From Vicugna vicugna (Eukaryota), in the NCBI GenBank assembly GCA_013265495.1, contig MU058198.1, positions 6,277,779 to 6,341,778 on the forward strand: a stretch of DNA of 64,000 bases, written 5' to 3'. The notes beneath the pieces are model-generated. The model was not told where the DNA came from, did not search any database, and saw nothing but the letters and a program-made list of their open reading frames with translations. Of the stretch, positions 36,370 through 48,890 are shown piece by piece; position 1 is the stretch's first letter; each line of letters starts with the position of its first letter. The position numbers and the translations under genes were made by a program.

Positions 36370-36762
36370 GGTGCAGTAGATTAGATTATCGCTCAGCAAA
36401 TATTCAATCCCACTCCACCCCATATCTCCATGGGGGTTGTGTGCTTTTTGCCCCATCGATGTTGGCTGAAACCACATGACTTGCTTTAGCCAACAGGATG
36501 TTAGCAGATATGATGCAAGCAAAGGTTTTAAATGTGCTTGTGCAGTTATCCATCTTGTATTTTTGTCCCTTCTACCTGGCCCCTAAAAGGAACACATAAG
36601 GAGCAGACTTGAGCCCAGTCTCCATCTTGGAAATGAGACAGCCTACAGCAGCTAAGCCTAAGTCAACTCACAGACATGTGAGCGAAAAAAATAAATGTCA
36701 AATGCCACTGAGTTTTGGGATAGCTTGTTACACAGCACTATAGTGGCTATTGCTGACCAGTA
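36370..36762 (+). mobile_element. MaLR solo LTR (MLT1G/H-like)
   Basis: ccacatgacttgctttagccaa, gccactgagttttgggatagcttgttacacagca. Confidence 0.8.
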
Positions 36763-37599
36763 CACTATGTCTGAAGATTATCCAGTTGGTTGTAATTATT
36801 TGGTAGGAGAACATGGCCCCAGGGAATAAGAGAGTAAGATTTTGAGAGACAAGGGAAGCCTTGAAGAGGAAGTCAAGGAAGCATGAGAAGCTTTTCCTCT
36901 GCATTTTCAGTATCAAGTTCACAACACACAGACGTTGCTATTTATCTGCAATTGCACATTTCATCTTCATAAATTGCTCAAGCATCTTTAATTCATTCCT
37001 CCTCCTCTGCTTCCCATGGCCTGCTGGGCAGATCTTTGTTGGAGAACTTATTACTCTGCTCTGCCAGTGGGGTTTCTGTGCTGGGCTGGGCCCTGGAGGC
37101 CCAGAGGTAAATAAGAAACCACTGCTCCCCTTGGAGGGCCCTGATCTTGTGAGGGAGAAAGATATGTGTACAGGCTGCTATTATCCAGCTATGACGCAAG
37201 ATGCTCAAAGTGCAGCGAGGGCATAATCTGAATGTCCAGCCATGGGGCTTGGTTAAATAAATTGTCTCTATGCGATGGGCTATTGCACAGTGGTCCCAAA
37301 AGATGAAGGTGAGTTCTATGTATTGATATAAAAAACCATCCATGATTTTATATATGTGTATAAATGTATACATATGTGTGTGTGTATCTACGTATACATA
37401 TGTATTTAGCTAGCTAGCTAACTAACTAGCTATTATCCATATTTATCTTCAAGGACTAATAAACCAAACCATTACCAGTGAATATCTAAGGGTGGGCTTA
37501 TAAGACTTACAAGATTTTCATTTCTCACTTACACATTTAAGGATCGTTATAATTCTTATAACAAGAGTGTATACAGTTAAAAATCAATGTTCATTTTTC

Positions 37600-38290
37600 A
37601 TGAATCCAACAGTTACTGTAGAGCACCTCTCAGTGCCAGGCATCACTTTGGGCATGGGGAATTCAGTGAGTCAGAAACAAGACAAAGTCCCTGCCCTCGT
37701 GGAGCTGACAGTTTGTTGGGGGAAACCATCATTAATCCAAGAAGCATTGAAAACATTTCAGGTTGTAATACATGATGTAAAGACAACTAAACAGTGAAAG
37801 GAGTGGAGAAGGACTTGGTGGGAGGAACGGCTGCACTAAGGATGTTCAAGGAAAGCTTCTCAGAAAATGTGACATTTGAGTGATGAGAAGGGACCAGCTG
37901 TGCAGATAGCTGAGAGAACAGTGTTCCAGGAACGGGAAACCGCACGTGAAAAGGTCCTGAGGCAAACAGCAAACACTTAGTTTGGCTGATTCAAGCAACA
38001 GTAAGGATTCTGGAGATCTGGAGCGTGGTGAAGGAGGAGAGATTATAGGAGATGAGATCCCAGAGGTACAGGGCCAGATCCCACAGCGCTTACAGGCCAC
38101 GGTGAGGACGCTGACTTTTACTCTGAGTGAGATGGGTGCCAAGAGAGGGTTTTAAACAGGGAGGCACATGAGATGATTTATGCTTTAAAAAGATCATCCT
38201 GGCTACCAGTGAATCAGGAGACAAAGATAGAAGGCGGTAACCAGTTAAGAGACTGTGGCAGGAACCCAGATGAAAAATGGAGGTGGCTCA
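37600..38290 (-). mobile_element. L2 3' region
   Basis: gacaaagtccctgccctcgtggagctgaca, gtgacatttgag, ttactctgagtgagatggg, tttaaaaagatca. Confidence 0.85.
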
Positions 38291-38620
38291 GGCTAGCGTA
38301 AAATGAAAAGGCATTTCCCATGTGAAACACCTGTAAAGCTAGAATGATCAGAGAACTAACTAACGAAAATGTGTCACGGTAAAAACACTGATGACAGACA
38401 CATATTTTGCCAGGGGAGAAGTGAGGGGAGGAAAGGACAGGAGGGTGTAGGAGAAAATGGCAAGACTGGGGCCACTGGGGAAGGGCCTTGAAAGCATGGC
38501 TATGGTTTGCTGGGTGGAAGGAGGTTAAGAAGGGAAGGGAGCATGGGCGTGAGGATGCCCTGAACTCAACTCAGGGGTCTTGGGGAAGGAGGGAAGAGGA
38601 GTTTCCCCGAGTACCCAGGG

Positions 38621-38801
38621 ATGCACACACATGCACGCACACACATCCATGCCTGCACACACATCTTCACACACGCACATTGCCAAGTGCACACATGCAT
38701 ATGCCCCCCACTCACATGTGCACACCCATCAGCGTGTAAGCACATGTGCACACACTCCACAGCAGCACTGCTCACTGTACATACACACACTGACCTGCAA
38801 C

Positions 38802-38832
<31 letters not shown>

Positions 38833-38844
38833 TCACATATACAG
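38621..38844. repeat. CA-rich low-complexity tract ending in a pure (CA)n run
   Basis: direct read; similar shorter tracts at 29900-29950 and 39670-39845. Confidence 0.9.
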
Positions 38845-38899
38845 AGGCTCAGAAGGCCTAGCTTTCCAGCAAAAGAACCAGGCATTTAAGGGACAAACC

Positions 38900-39100
38900 A
38901 CTCAGGTTATCCCAGGTTAAATCCCAGCATCCTAACTGTCTGACCTTGGACAAGTCCATTAACTCTCTGGCCCTCAGCTGCCTCATCTGTAAAATGAGGA
39001 TTAAATAAGCCAACAGGTGTAAAGTTCTCATAACAGTACCTGGCATGTGGTAAGCACTACATGAAAGCCAGTTTGCGTTAGTGTCAACTAACATTAATTA
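38900..39100 (+). mobile_element. MIR SINE
   Basis: tgaccttggacaagt, cctcatctgtaaaatgagg, cctggcatgtggtaagcact. Confidence 0.85.
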
Positions 39101-39999
39101 TTATGATCAGATTTTGCAGAGCAGGAGGGAAGTCATGGGAGGGGGGCAGATGTGGCGAGAACCTGGAGAAGAGTGCTCTCTGGGAGAGAACACACCTGGG
39201 CCCCAGCATCGCCCCAGACTCCCTGTGTGACCCTGAACAAGTCCCTCCATCCCTGCAGCTCGGGCTCCTCATCTGTGAAATGGACCATCAGCGTGGAGAG
39301 GACCCGACTCTGCGAGCACACGGCTGGATCCACAGGTGCCCCTGTGAGGATGGGGCTGGGAGGTTCGGGGACAGGCCACAGAGCTGCCACCACCAAACCC
39401 CCTGGACCCAAGAGAGAACATCAGTGCTTGAGAGGCAGTGAGTCCATGAAAACTGTTCTGCCAAGCCAGCCCACTCGGCCTCCTTACAAACATTTTTATA
39501 CGCATAGCCAGAAAGTCCTCGGTGTGGCCACCAAGCCCTGGAAGTAAAATCACGAGGCCAATAAAACACAAAGATACAACCTCTCTGGGGCCCTTGGTCC
39601 TCATAAAAGAAGCAGAAATAAAGGTCTGATGCCTCTGGGAAGAGGCACGGGCAACCCACCTGCCACTGTACGTGGACACACAGGCACAGGTGCACACACG
39701 TGTACACGCCTCCACGCCCACACTCACCCACCAGTGCGCAGGCGTGCACACACATGACACATGCACACCCTCACAACAGCACCCACCTGTGCAGGCATAT
39801 CCTTACCCTCAACCAGACGTGCACTCAGGTTTACGCGTGCACACCCAGGCCCGCCTCCTGGAAGCCAGATTTGGAGCAGAGGTGACCCAGGAACCCCAAG
39901 CCTTGGGGACTGTGGGATGAGCATTAGAGAGGGCTGCCTGCACGTGTGCTTCTACGATGCAGCACAACAGAGAGGTACGGAGCACGGGCTCTGCCCCTC

Positions 40000-40200
40000 G
40001 TGAGATGTGAGACCTAAGTGGCTTATCATCTCTAAGCCTCAGTTTCCACATCTGTCAAGTGGACTGAGAATGTCAGCCTCTTCCTCACAAGGTTGAGGGG
40101 GGAGATTTCTCAGTTAATGCATGACAAGTGCTTGGCCCAGTGCTGGCACACTGTATCTGCTCGATAAAGATCAGCCATTCACTAGCAGCAGTAATTACAG
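40000..40200 (+). mobile_element. MIR SINE
   Basis: tctctaagcctcagtttccacatctgtcaagtgg. Confidence 0.8.
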
Positions 40201-40814
40201 TATTTTCTGCAGACGTTAGTTTGGAAGCTGTGGCCTGAGTTGCTCAGCCCGAACCTTCAAGGATGGTCACAGGTAGCAACTGAACAGGCACCATCACTGG
40301 GAAGCAGAGGAAACCGGGGAGGTAGAGCCCACTGCCAAAGGCTTGCTCAGTGGAGGGGGTACCGTGGGCTCCCTGCCATGTCCATCAGTCTCACCAGCTG
40401 CCACTTGGCTGGAGCACTCCAAGGGGACAGTATATGCAAGACAGGAATGTCACCAGCCGCCATGACACACAGCCCCCTTGCCCACCGTCCCTCTGCCAAC
40501 GCCCAGAAGGGATCAGAGACCTGGCCTTCCAGGTTCTTTAACCTGCTGATAGTGCAGGGAGCCTGCAAAGCTCAGCCACACGCCCTGGACTTAAGAATTT
40601 TCCTGCAGCCATGCCCGCCAAGGCCCCCCATGCTGGGACAGTTCATAGGACTGAGCTCCTGCTCCGTTTCCCCATCCCAGCTCCTAGGACGAGAGCCCTG
40701 TCCTAATCTCCAGGCTATTTGAAGAGACCTGCACACCGGTTCTCTCTTGGCGGCCACTCTCCTTGGTGGTACAGGGTAGGCGGGGGTGGGGGGAGGTGGC
40801 CACGCCCTGTGCTC

Positions 40815-41270
40815 CTGTGGGAGCATCTCCTCCAGTATCCATTCTCCTGTGGGTAATGATAAAACCCCTGCCTTTCAGCTGAGCATATGGTTGCCAAGAT
40901 AAAGACCTCATTTCCCAGCTTCCCTTGCAGGTGTGATCAAGTTCTGGCCAACGCGATACAAGCAAGTGTCACGGGGCAAATTCTGAGAACCTAAGAGTTG
41001 ACATGCAAGCTTTGCCCTTTTTTCTTTGCCTTGCCTCCATCCTGTTGCCTGGAATGCAGATGTGACAGCTGGAGATCTAGCCACCATCTTAGATCATGAG
41101 GACAAAGGACATAGGGATGATGGAAAGGGGTCTCAGGGGTTGGGTTCTTGAGAACCTCATATAGCAGAGCCACCCTGATTTCAAACATTCACAAAAGCAA
41201 TAAAATACACTCCTCCATTGAAGCCAGTTATTTGAGGTCATCATTATTTGCAGCTAAACCTAAATCTGAC
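40815..41270 (+). mobile_element. MaLR solo LTR (MLT1I/J-like)
   Basis: catttcccagcttcccttgcag, aagttctggccaa, gcctggaatgcagatgtga, ttatttgcagctaaacctaa. Confidence 0.75.
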
Positions 41271-42039
41271 TGCCCCACCCCCTACCCAAGCCCCGCTCCT
41301 GGTCATCCTGTCTGAGGATCACAGGGCAATGATTCCTCTCTGAATGGCAGTTTCCATTCAGGCTGGACCTCCCCACACCTGTGAGATGACAGAGACAGAA
41401 CATCTGGCTTCCTTCCCCTAAGGCCAAATCCTACACCATAGGCCCCCCACATTGGTCTTGCCTTGACCCCACTTCCGTACATCCATCCTGCCTCCCCCAA
41501 AGTCCCAACATGCACTGGAATAACGGAAGTGTAATAACCCTCAGGGCCATCCCCACTGGTGTGGGGGGGAAGGAGGGCAAGGTGATCTCCCTCCACCTGC
41601 CTCTCCCACTGCACTGATTTGCAACTTTGCAACAGGATTCTGGCCCTCTGGGTGCCATCGCCCAGGGATGCTGAAAGACAGGCTCTCCCAGGGCTGCCAG
41701 AAGCCACCTGGGCAGGGAAGTGTCCCCGGAGACACCTGAGTTGGGGCCACACCTACCTTTCTCTGATGCTGGGGCCAGATCAATGAAGCTGCGACATTTT
41801 TCACCTTTAAAAAAAAAAAGAAAGAAAGAAAGAAAGGTTTTCAGAATATGAAAGGAAATGAGAGCTTTCAGGTTTTCACCTCGCCCCCTCCCACGAGCCC
41901 TGTGTGGAACGGAGCAAGACCCAGCACCTACGCAACTCTAACCCCGAGCTGCATCCTTCTCTAACCCTCATTCCCAGAAAGCCAACGTCCTGAGGAACGT
42001 GGATGCCGAACCTGAAAACTCAGCTGCACGGCAACCCGT

Positions 42040-43390
42040 GATGCCGCCTCCTGTCTCACCTCCCAGTCCAATCACCCAGTCCTGTCCCTCCCACCCCCTC
42101 AAAGCCCTCTGTCCCTTTCCACGGCCTCCACCCAATCCAGGCCCAGCAGGACGGAGGCAGTAACCATCACTGGGCTCCCCAGGCCTCCACTCTGGTCTCT
42201 GTCCAATCCACTCTCCACACTGCAGACGGAGATTTTCAAAACACACGGCTCTGATCACATCAAACAAACTCACACACGTACACACACAAGTGCGCACACT
42301 CCTGCTCAGAACCCTTCATCCCAAAGAATAAAGCCCAAATTCCTTTGTGCAGACGCAGGACTGGCCTCCACCGGCCTCTCCATCCACAACTGCTTCCCGC
42401 ACCTCTTCCTGTCCCCTCCTCTCAGCTCCTATAGTCCTTGCGTTCCCTCCCACCCCAAGGTTCCCTCACTGGGAACACACTTCCTCCCTAAGATAAGCTC
42501 TCACGGCATCTTGGCCTCCTCCTGTGGGGCACCAGTCACCTTCTGATGTTATCACTTTGTGTGTGATTCTAGGACAGACAGCCCACAAGCGGAAAGCCCC
42601 ACGAGGGCAGGTGTCACATCTTCAATTCATCTCCAGCTCAGAAAATGGTACCTCGGTCCTCCCAGGCGCTCTGGCTAGAAACTTGGCGCCATCCTTGGTT
42701 TCTCTCTCTCTCTCATACCTCTTCATCGGAGCTGTGGCTCCACTTCCTAATACATCTAGAATCCAACCACTTCTCACCACCTCCCCTGGTCCCAGCCTGC
42801 CTCCATCATCTCCCTCCTGGATTATCGCAGTAGCCTCTGCGTAGGTCTCCCTGTTTCTGCCCTTATCCACACAGACACCAGAAGGGTCCTGTTAGAGCCT
42901 GAAATAGATGATGTCCCTTCTCTGCTCAGAACTTGGCCATGGTTCCCAATTCACTCAGAGTCAGAACCTAAGTCCTCACCATGGCCTACAAGGTCCTGTG
43001 TGACCTGTCCCCCCATCACCTCCCTGACCTCATCTCCTACTAGCTTCCCCTTGATCACTCCACTCTAGCCACACTGGCCTCCTTGCCAGCCACACTCCTG
43101 CCTCAGGGCCTTTGCACATGCTGCCACTTCTTCCTGGAACACTCTTCCCCCATATAGCTAAATGGTTTACCCTTCCTCTCCTTGATCACCTTCCCCAAAT
43201 GCTACCTTCTCAGGGAGGCCTTTCCTAATTAATCTATTTAATATTCCACATATCCCTTCCCTGACTCTCCCCTTCTCTCTTCCCACTGGGGCCTTAGCAC
43301 CTAGAACAGTGCCTGGTACATAATGAGTGCTCAATAAGTATTTGTTGAAGGAGTATATGAATGAATAAATGAATGAATTAGTGAATGAAT
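42040..43390 (+). mobile_element. L2 LINE fragments including complete 3' end
   Basis: tctagaatccaaccacttctcacc, cctgcctcagggcctttgcacatgctg, gtgctcaataagtatttgttgaa..atgaatgaa. Confidence 0.88.
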
Positions 43391-44334
43391 GCCTCCCACC
43401 CAAACCTTATGCCTTCAATTCTTCAGTCCTCCCTCCCAGCCTCCTTGATACCAGGCACTGCGCTGGCCATCAAGGACACAGTGAAAGCAAGACATAACCC
43501 AGCCTCCAGGTCCTTTCTCAGACAGGACACATGCTCTATAGTTTGCCATAGTCTCCACCATTCCCTGCTGCTTTACCCCTAGCCTCACTTAAACCTCACT
43601 GGTCCCTGAGACACTAGCTGACCTTTAGGGTGAGCTGACAACTCCTGGTTCAAGGATTTACTGCTGATTCCAGCAAGGAGTTAGATTTTGGTTCAAAATG
43701 AAACCAATGTGGTCTGGGGAGGTGAAAAGGATCTGGAAGCTTCTAGCATTCTCAACTCTTGTGTCTGCTTGAAGCTTTCTAAGTTCTTTTCTAAGAAGGT
43801 CCCTTGAAGCCCCTTTGGGCTCCTGAACTTCCTTTCAGCCCCATATAAATGCAAAGACAGGTATCGGAGGTGGGGAGAAGGGGATGAGGCTGAGAAGGAG
43901 GGTGGTAGCCAGATCATGAAGGCTCTTAACTGCTGAGCTAAGGAATAGATCCTCTCTTATTTATGTCACACTTTCCAAAGATTCACGAGGCCACAGGTGG
44001 GTGGATGCCACTCCCGTGGATCCATCATGCTGCTTCCTCCCCAGGCTTCTACACAAGATACAGGACCCTCTACTCCCTTTACAGAAAATAAGGTTCAGAG
44101 CCGCTGAGTGACCAGCCAGGGCCACACAGCAAGTCAGTGGTACTGACACTACAACCTGCTGAAAGAGGTTTGCTGATAGCCAAGAACTGGTAGGGAGGGT
44201 TTTGAAAAATGAGAATAGGCAGTGTGCTAAGAATGGATGGATTTTGAATGCACTGTCTTAAACTTTCTTTATGTAATATGGTTTTCTCGAAGCTAGACAG
44301 GGACAATTTTAATGGCAAAATTCAGACCAATACC

Positions 44335-44597
44335 CAGGACCCTATTAAGGTTTCGGTGGGCTCCAGGTGCTTCTGCCTTTTGGGCCTCTTCCTAAATAAA
44401 AAATAAAATGAAAAATTGTATTTTATAACCACATTGGTAAAAGATGAATATATTAACGTTATATGTTAAATTTTTCTTTACCTAAGAGGTTTTTTTCTTC
44501 TGACTCTAAAAGAAATTAAAACATCTTTATGGGCCTGTGAAAGCACTGTGGACCCTTGGCTGTGTGCCATCTGGACCTGAGGGAGACGTCAGCCCTA
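44335..44597. mobile_element. ORSL-type hAT-Tip100 element inside a MIR
   Basis: aaagatgaatatattaa, tttttcttctgactctaaaagaaattaaaacat, gtcagccct terminus match my recollection of ORSL. Confidence 0.6.
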
Positions 44598-45596
44598 TGA
44601 CACCAGGTCTCCTGGCTCCCACATCAATGTTTTCCCACCATCAACTGGGCCCCTTGATAATATTTAAGATTTATGTGCTAGGCTTTTTGCCTTTTCTTTA
44701 ACAGTTTTATTGTGATATATGCCATACAATTCACCCATTTAAAGTATGCAAGTCAAAGGTTTTTAGTTTATTCCTAGTGTATTCACAAGGCTGTGCAACC
44801 ACACCCAATTTTAGAACACATTCATCATCTCAAAAAAGAAACCCCATACCTACTAGTAGTCCCCACTTCCCCCAATGCCCCCAGCACTGAGCAACCACTA
44901 ATTTATTTTCCTTCTCTATAGAGTTGCTTATTCTGGACATTTCACCTAAATGGAATTATACACTGTATAGCCTCTTGCATCTGGCTTCTTTCACTGAGCA
45001 CCATGTTTTCAAAGTTCACCCATGTTGTAGCCTGTGTCAGTAATTCATTCCTTTTTTGGTGGAGAATAATATTCCATTGTATGGATAGACCACATTTTCT
45101 TTATCCATTCATCAGTTGATGGACATTTGAGTTTATTTCCAATTTTGGCTATTTATGAACATTCATATATGAGTTTTTGTGTGGACAAGTTTCCATTTCT
45201 TTCCAGTATATACCGAGGAATAGAAATGCTGGGTCATATGGTAGCTCTATGTTTAATCTTTTGAGAACTGTTAGACTGTTTTCCAAAGGAGGTGCCTCAT
45301 TTTACATCCCTACCAGCAATGTATGAGGTCCCAATTTCTCCACAACTTTGTCAACACTTGTTTATTGTTGGGCTTTTTAAAAAATTATTATTATAGGCAA
45401 CTTTGCGGGTGAGACGTGGTATCTCATTGTGGTTTTGAGGTGCATTTCCTTAATGACTAATGATGTTGAACATCTTTTCATGTGCTTATCAGCTGTTTGC
45501 ATATCATCTTTGGAGAAATGTCTATTCAGATCCTTTGCCCCTTTTGAATTGGATTATTTCTCTTTTATCATTTAGTTGTTAAGAGTTCTTTATATA

Positions 45597-45909
45597 CAGT
45601 CAGCCCTCTGTAACCATGGGTCCTACAACTACAGATTCAACCAACCACAGAATGAAACTATGTTTTAAAAAATCCAGAAACTTCCAAAAAGCAAAACTTG
45701 AATTTGCTGCACACCGACAAGGATACATAGCATTTACATTGTATTAGGTTTTATAAGTAATCTAGAAATGATTTAAAGTATACCAGAGAATGTGCATAGG
45801 TCATGTGCAAATGCTATACCATTTTATGTAAAGGACTTGAGCATCTGAAGATTTTTGGTATGCACTAGGGGTCCTGGAAGCAATTCCCATAGATTCTGAG
45901 GGATGACTA
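45597..45909. mobile_element. Tigger3/MER2-family MITE nested in L1
   Basis: TA-cagtcagccctctgta ... ctgagggatgacta-TA; host L1 resumes on both sides. Confidence 0.88.
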
Positions 45910-45953
45910 TATTCTGCATACAAGGACTTCATCAGATAGAGGATTTGCAAATA

Positions 45954-46106
45954 CAGTCCACCCTCAGTATCCATAGGGTATTGGTTCCAGGATTCCTCCT
46001 GAATACCAAAGTCTGTGAATGATCAAGTCCCTTATACACAATGGCATGGTACAGCCAGCCCTCCACATCCATAGGCTGTGCATTTGCAGATACAGAGAGC
46101 CAACTG
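45954..46106. mobile_element. Short Tigger3/MER2-family MITE nested in L1, opposite orientation
   Basis: TA-cagtccaccctcagtatcc ... gatacagagagccaactg-TA. Confidence 0.85.
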
Positions 46107-47203
46107 TACTTCCCTCCCATTCTGTGGATAGTCTTTCCACTTTCCTGTTGATGTCCTTGGGAATGCAAGAGTTTTAAACTTTAATGACGTCCAATTTATC
46201 TAACTATTGTTTTGTTGCTTATACTTTCATGTCATATCTAAGAAGTCTTTGCCTAACCCAAGACCATGAAGAATTACTCTTACTCTCTCTTCTAAGAGTT
46301 TTATAATTTTAACTCTGACCTTTAGGTCTGTTATCCATTTAAAGTTGATTTATGTGTATGGTATATAAAAGGGGACTAACTTCGTTCTTCTTCATGTGGA
46401 CATCCAATTGTCCCAGCCCCATTTGTTGAAAGGCTATTCTTTCTCCATTGGATTGTCTTGGCACCCTTGTCAAAAATCAGTTGACTGTAAATGTGAAGGT
46501 TTATTTTGTACTCTCAGTTCTATTTCATTGATCTATGTATCTACCCTTATACCAGTACCACACTGTTTTGGTTACTGTAGCTTTGTAGTAAGTTTTGAAA
46601 TTGGGAGGTGTGAGTCTTCCAACTTTGCTTTTCATTTTTAAAAATATTTTGGCTATTCTCAATCCCTTGCATTCCTATATGAATTTTAGGATCAACTTGT
46701 CAATTTCTGTTAAAAAAAAAACATTTGGAATTCTGATAGAGGTTGCACTGAATCTGTAGATCAATTTGGCAAACATTGCCATCATAACAATATTAAGTCT
46801 TCTAACCCATGAACAGGGGATGTCTTTCCATTTATTTAGATCTGCTTTAATTTCCTTCAGTAATGTTTTATAGTTTGTAGAATATCAGTTTTGCACTTCT
46901 TTTGTTATATTTATTCCTAAGTATTTCATTCTTTTTGATGCTAATGTAAATGAAATCTTTTAAAATTTCATTTTCAGATTGTTCATTGCTAGTGTATATA
47001 AATAGGTTAATTTTGTATATTGACCTTGTACCCTGCAAAGTAAATGAATTCATTTATTAGTTATAATAGGATTCTTAGGATTTACTATATACAAGATCGT
47101 GTAATCTACAAATAGATACAGTTTCACTTTTCCCCTTTTAATCTTGATGTCTTTCATTTCTTTTTCTTGCCTAATTGCTCTGGCTAAAACCTCCAATATA
47201 ATG

Positions 47204-47276
47204 TTCTTTTATTAAAGTACAGTTAGTTACAATGTGTCAGTTTCTGGTGTACAGCACAATGTCCCAGTCATGCATG
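47204..47276 (-). mobile_element. Extremely 5'-truncated young L1 3' end
   Basis: ttacaatgtgtcagtttctggtgtacagcacaatgtcccagtcatgca flanked by cctccaatataatg / cctccagtataatg. Confidence 0.9.
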
Positions 47277-48239
47277 CCTCCAGTATAATGCTGAACACAA
47301 ACGGCAAGAGCAGGCATTCTTGTCTTGTTCTTGATCTTAGGGAGAAAGCATTCATTCTTGTGCCATTAAATATGATGTTAACTGTACTCTTTTCATATAT
47401 ACTCTTTATCAGATTGAGAAAGTTCTCTTCTATTCCTAGTTTGTGGAGTACTTTTATTGTAAAAGTGTGTTTGCTTTCTCTTTAATCCCATAACAACCTG
47501 AAATGTAGCTCTGAGAATCCCCATTTTAGAGACAAGCAGATTGAGGCTCTGAGCTTTCAGGCCCAAGACACCCAGCCAGTAGGTGATGGACTTAGCCCAG
47601 GTCCATAGACTCCAAGCCCCATGCCCTAAAGCTTTTCCCAGCCATCTATTTCCATTTGCTCTGTCAGAATTTCCTACTGCAGCCAGTCATTCCCACTGCA
47701 AAGATCTGCTAGGTCCTACAATAAATGCTCTGAGAACATACCTCTGTGCAGATAGGGAAAATCCACCAAGGGCTAAATAAAGTGGCTCTTCTGCTTCGAT
47801 TTCTTGTATATGGATAAGACTAAACAGAAGATGTCTGAGCATAGATGGTCAAACTTGGTCCACACTGCCCGTGCAGGGCAAAGCTGAGGTTCAAGGAAAA
47901 ATCATAGTGATGACATAAGGAAGACTGGATATTTCAGTAGTTAACAAGAATAACAACTAAAATCCAACCACAGAAGAGATTTTTGGCTCCAAATCCCTAG
48001 TTCCATGATAAAGGTTAGCTAACCATTTGTGGGAACGATATCAAACTGTACCATATTAGCTAACTGCTCTTTGGAATGGCTCTTAAAACAATAATAGCTT
48101 TGTCAATTATTATTACGTTTATATGTTTAACAAGGGATTTCCTTTGGGTGTAAAACTGAATATAAGTGCACTAGCGCTTCAGTGCCAATGTAATTGACAA
48201 GGAGGCGTGTCCATTACACCGTGGCGCTGTGGCATGTTA

Positions 48240-48257
48240 CCGCCACCTGATGGCAGC
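48240..48257. promoter_or_regulatory. CTCF-like motif
   Basis: ccgccacctgatggcagc matches CCASYAGRKGGCRS with one mismatch on either strand. Confidence 0.45.
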
Positions 48258-48302
48258 ATACCTTCTGTGACCCACCAAACTAGAAAGCTGGAAAGGATCC
48301 TA

Positions 48303-48420
48303 AGTGGTTCTCAGCACTGGGAAGCCCAGGCCCCACCCACAGACACTCTGGTTTAACGGGTTAGCATGTGTGGGTTTAAAAGCGCCCCCACTGATTCCAG
48401 CCAGTCAGGGCGAGAGTCAC
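48303..48420. mobile_element. MER5-type MITE
   Basis: agtggttctcag, gcccaggccccacccac, aaaagcgcccccactgattc. Confidence 0.6.
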
Positions 48421-48599
48421 ACTCCAATCTGACTAGCCAAAACATCTATTTTCAACATTAGAAAAGCAATACTAAGTCATTTTAGCAACAGCTTGGGCTA
48501 TTGCACTGGACACTCCTTCAAGCAACAGTGTTTGTGGGGCAGGGAACCATGTCCCACGTTTCCTCTGACCCTGGGGTGGGAGATGATGATGATGATGTG

Positions 48600-48830
48600 A
48601 CGAGAGCCACAGTCTCCTAAGCTCCCACTCTGTTCCAGGCATCGTGTCTAAGCTTTTTGCCCATGTTGAATCAACATTCCCTGCAGGTGCTGTGCCCATT
48701 TCACAGATAAGGAAATTAAGGACCAGAAAGACTGGGGACTTGCATGACAGGAAGTGACAGAGTCAGGATCTGAACCCAGCTCTGCTGATTCCAGAACTCA
48801 GGCCTTGGCCACTCTGCTGTCCTGCCCCTG
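48600..48830 (-). mobile_element. MIR SINE
   Basis: cccatttcacagataaggaaattaagg, gtgacagagtcaggatctgaacccag. Confidence 0.85.
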
Positions 48831-48856
48831 AAATAATGCAACAATACAGATAAGAT

Positions 48857-48857
<1 letters not shown>

Positions 48858-48887
<30 letters not shown>

Positions 48888-48890
48888 ATC
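48858..48890. repeat. (TC)n microsatellite
   Basis: direct read. Confidence 0.9.

Larger units (their letters stand above)
44695..47470 (-). mobile_element. L1MB-type element, ~2.2 kb net, with ORF2 RT fossil
   Basis: antisense frame LNAFSLRSRTRQECLLLP near 47300-47355 (L1 RT GTRQGCPLSP region), YTSNEQSENEI near 46980; 3' UTR ccatacaattcacccatttaaagt. Confidence 0.93.

Noticed and set aside
38488..38920. His/Thr-rich and Cys/Val-rich ORFs
   Set aside because: Translations of CA/TG low-complexity sequence; same for 29816-30233 and 39269-39920.
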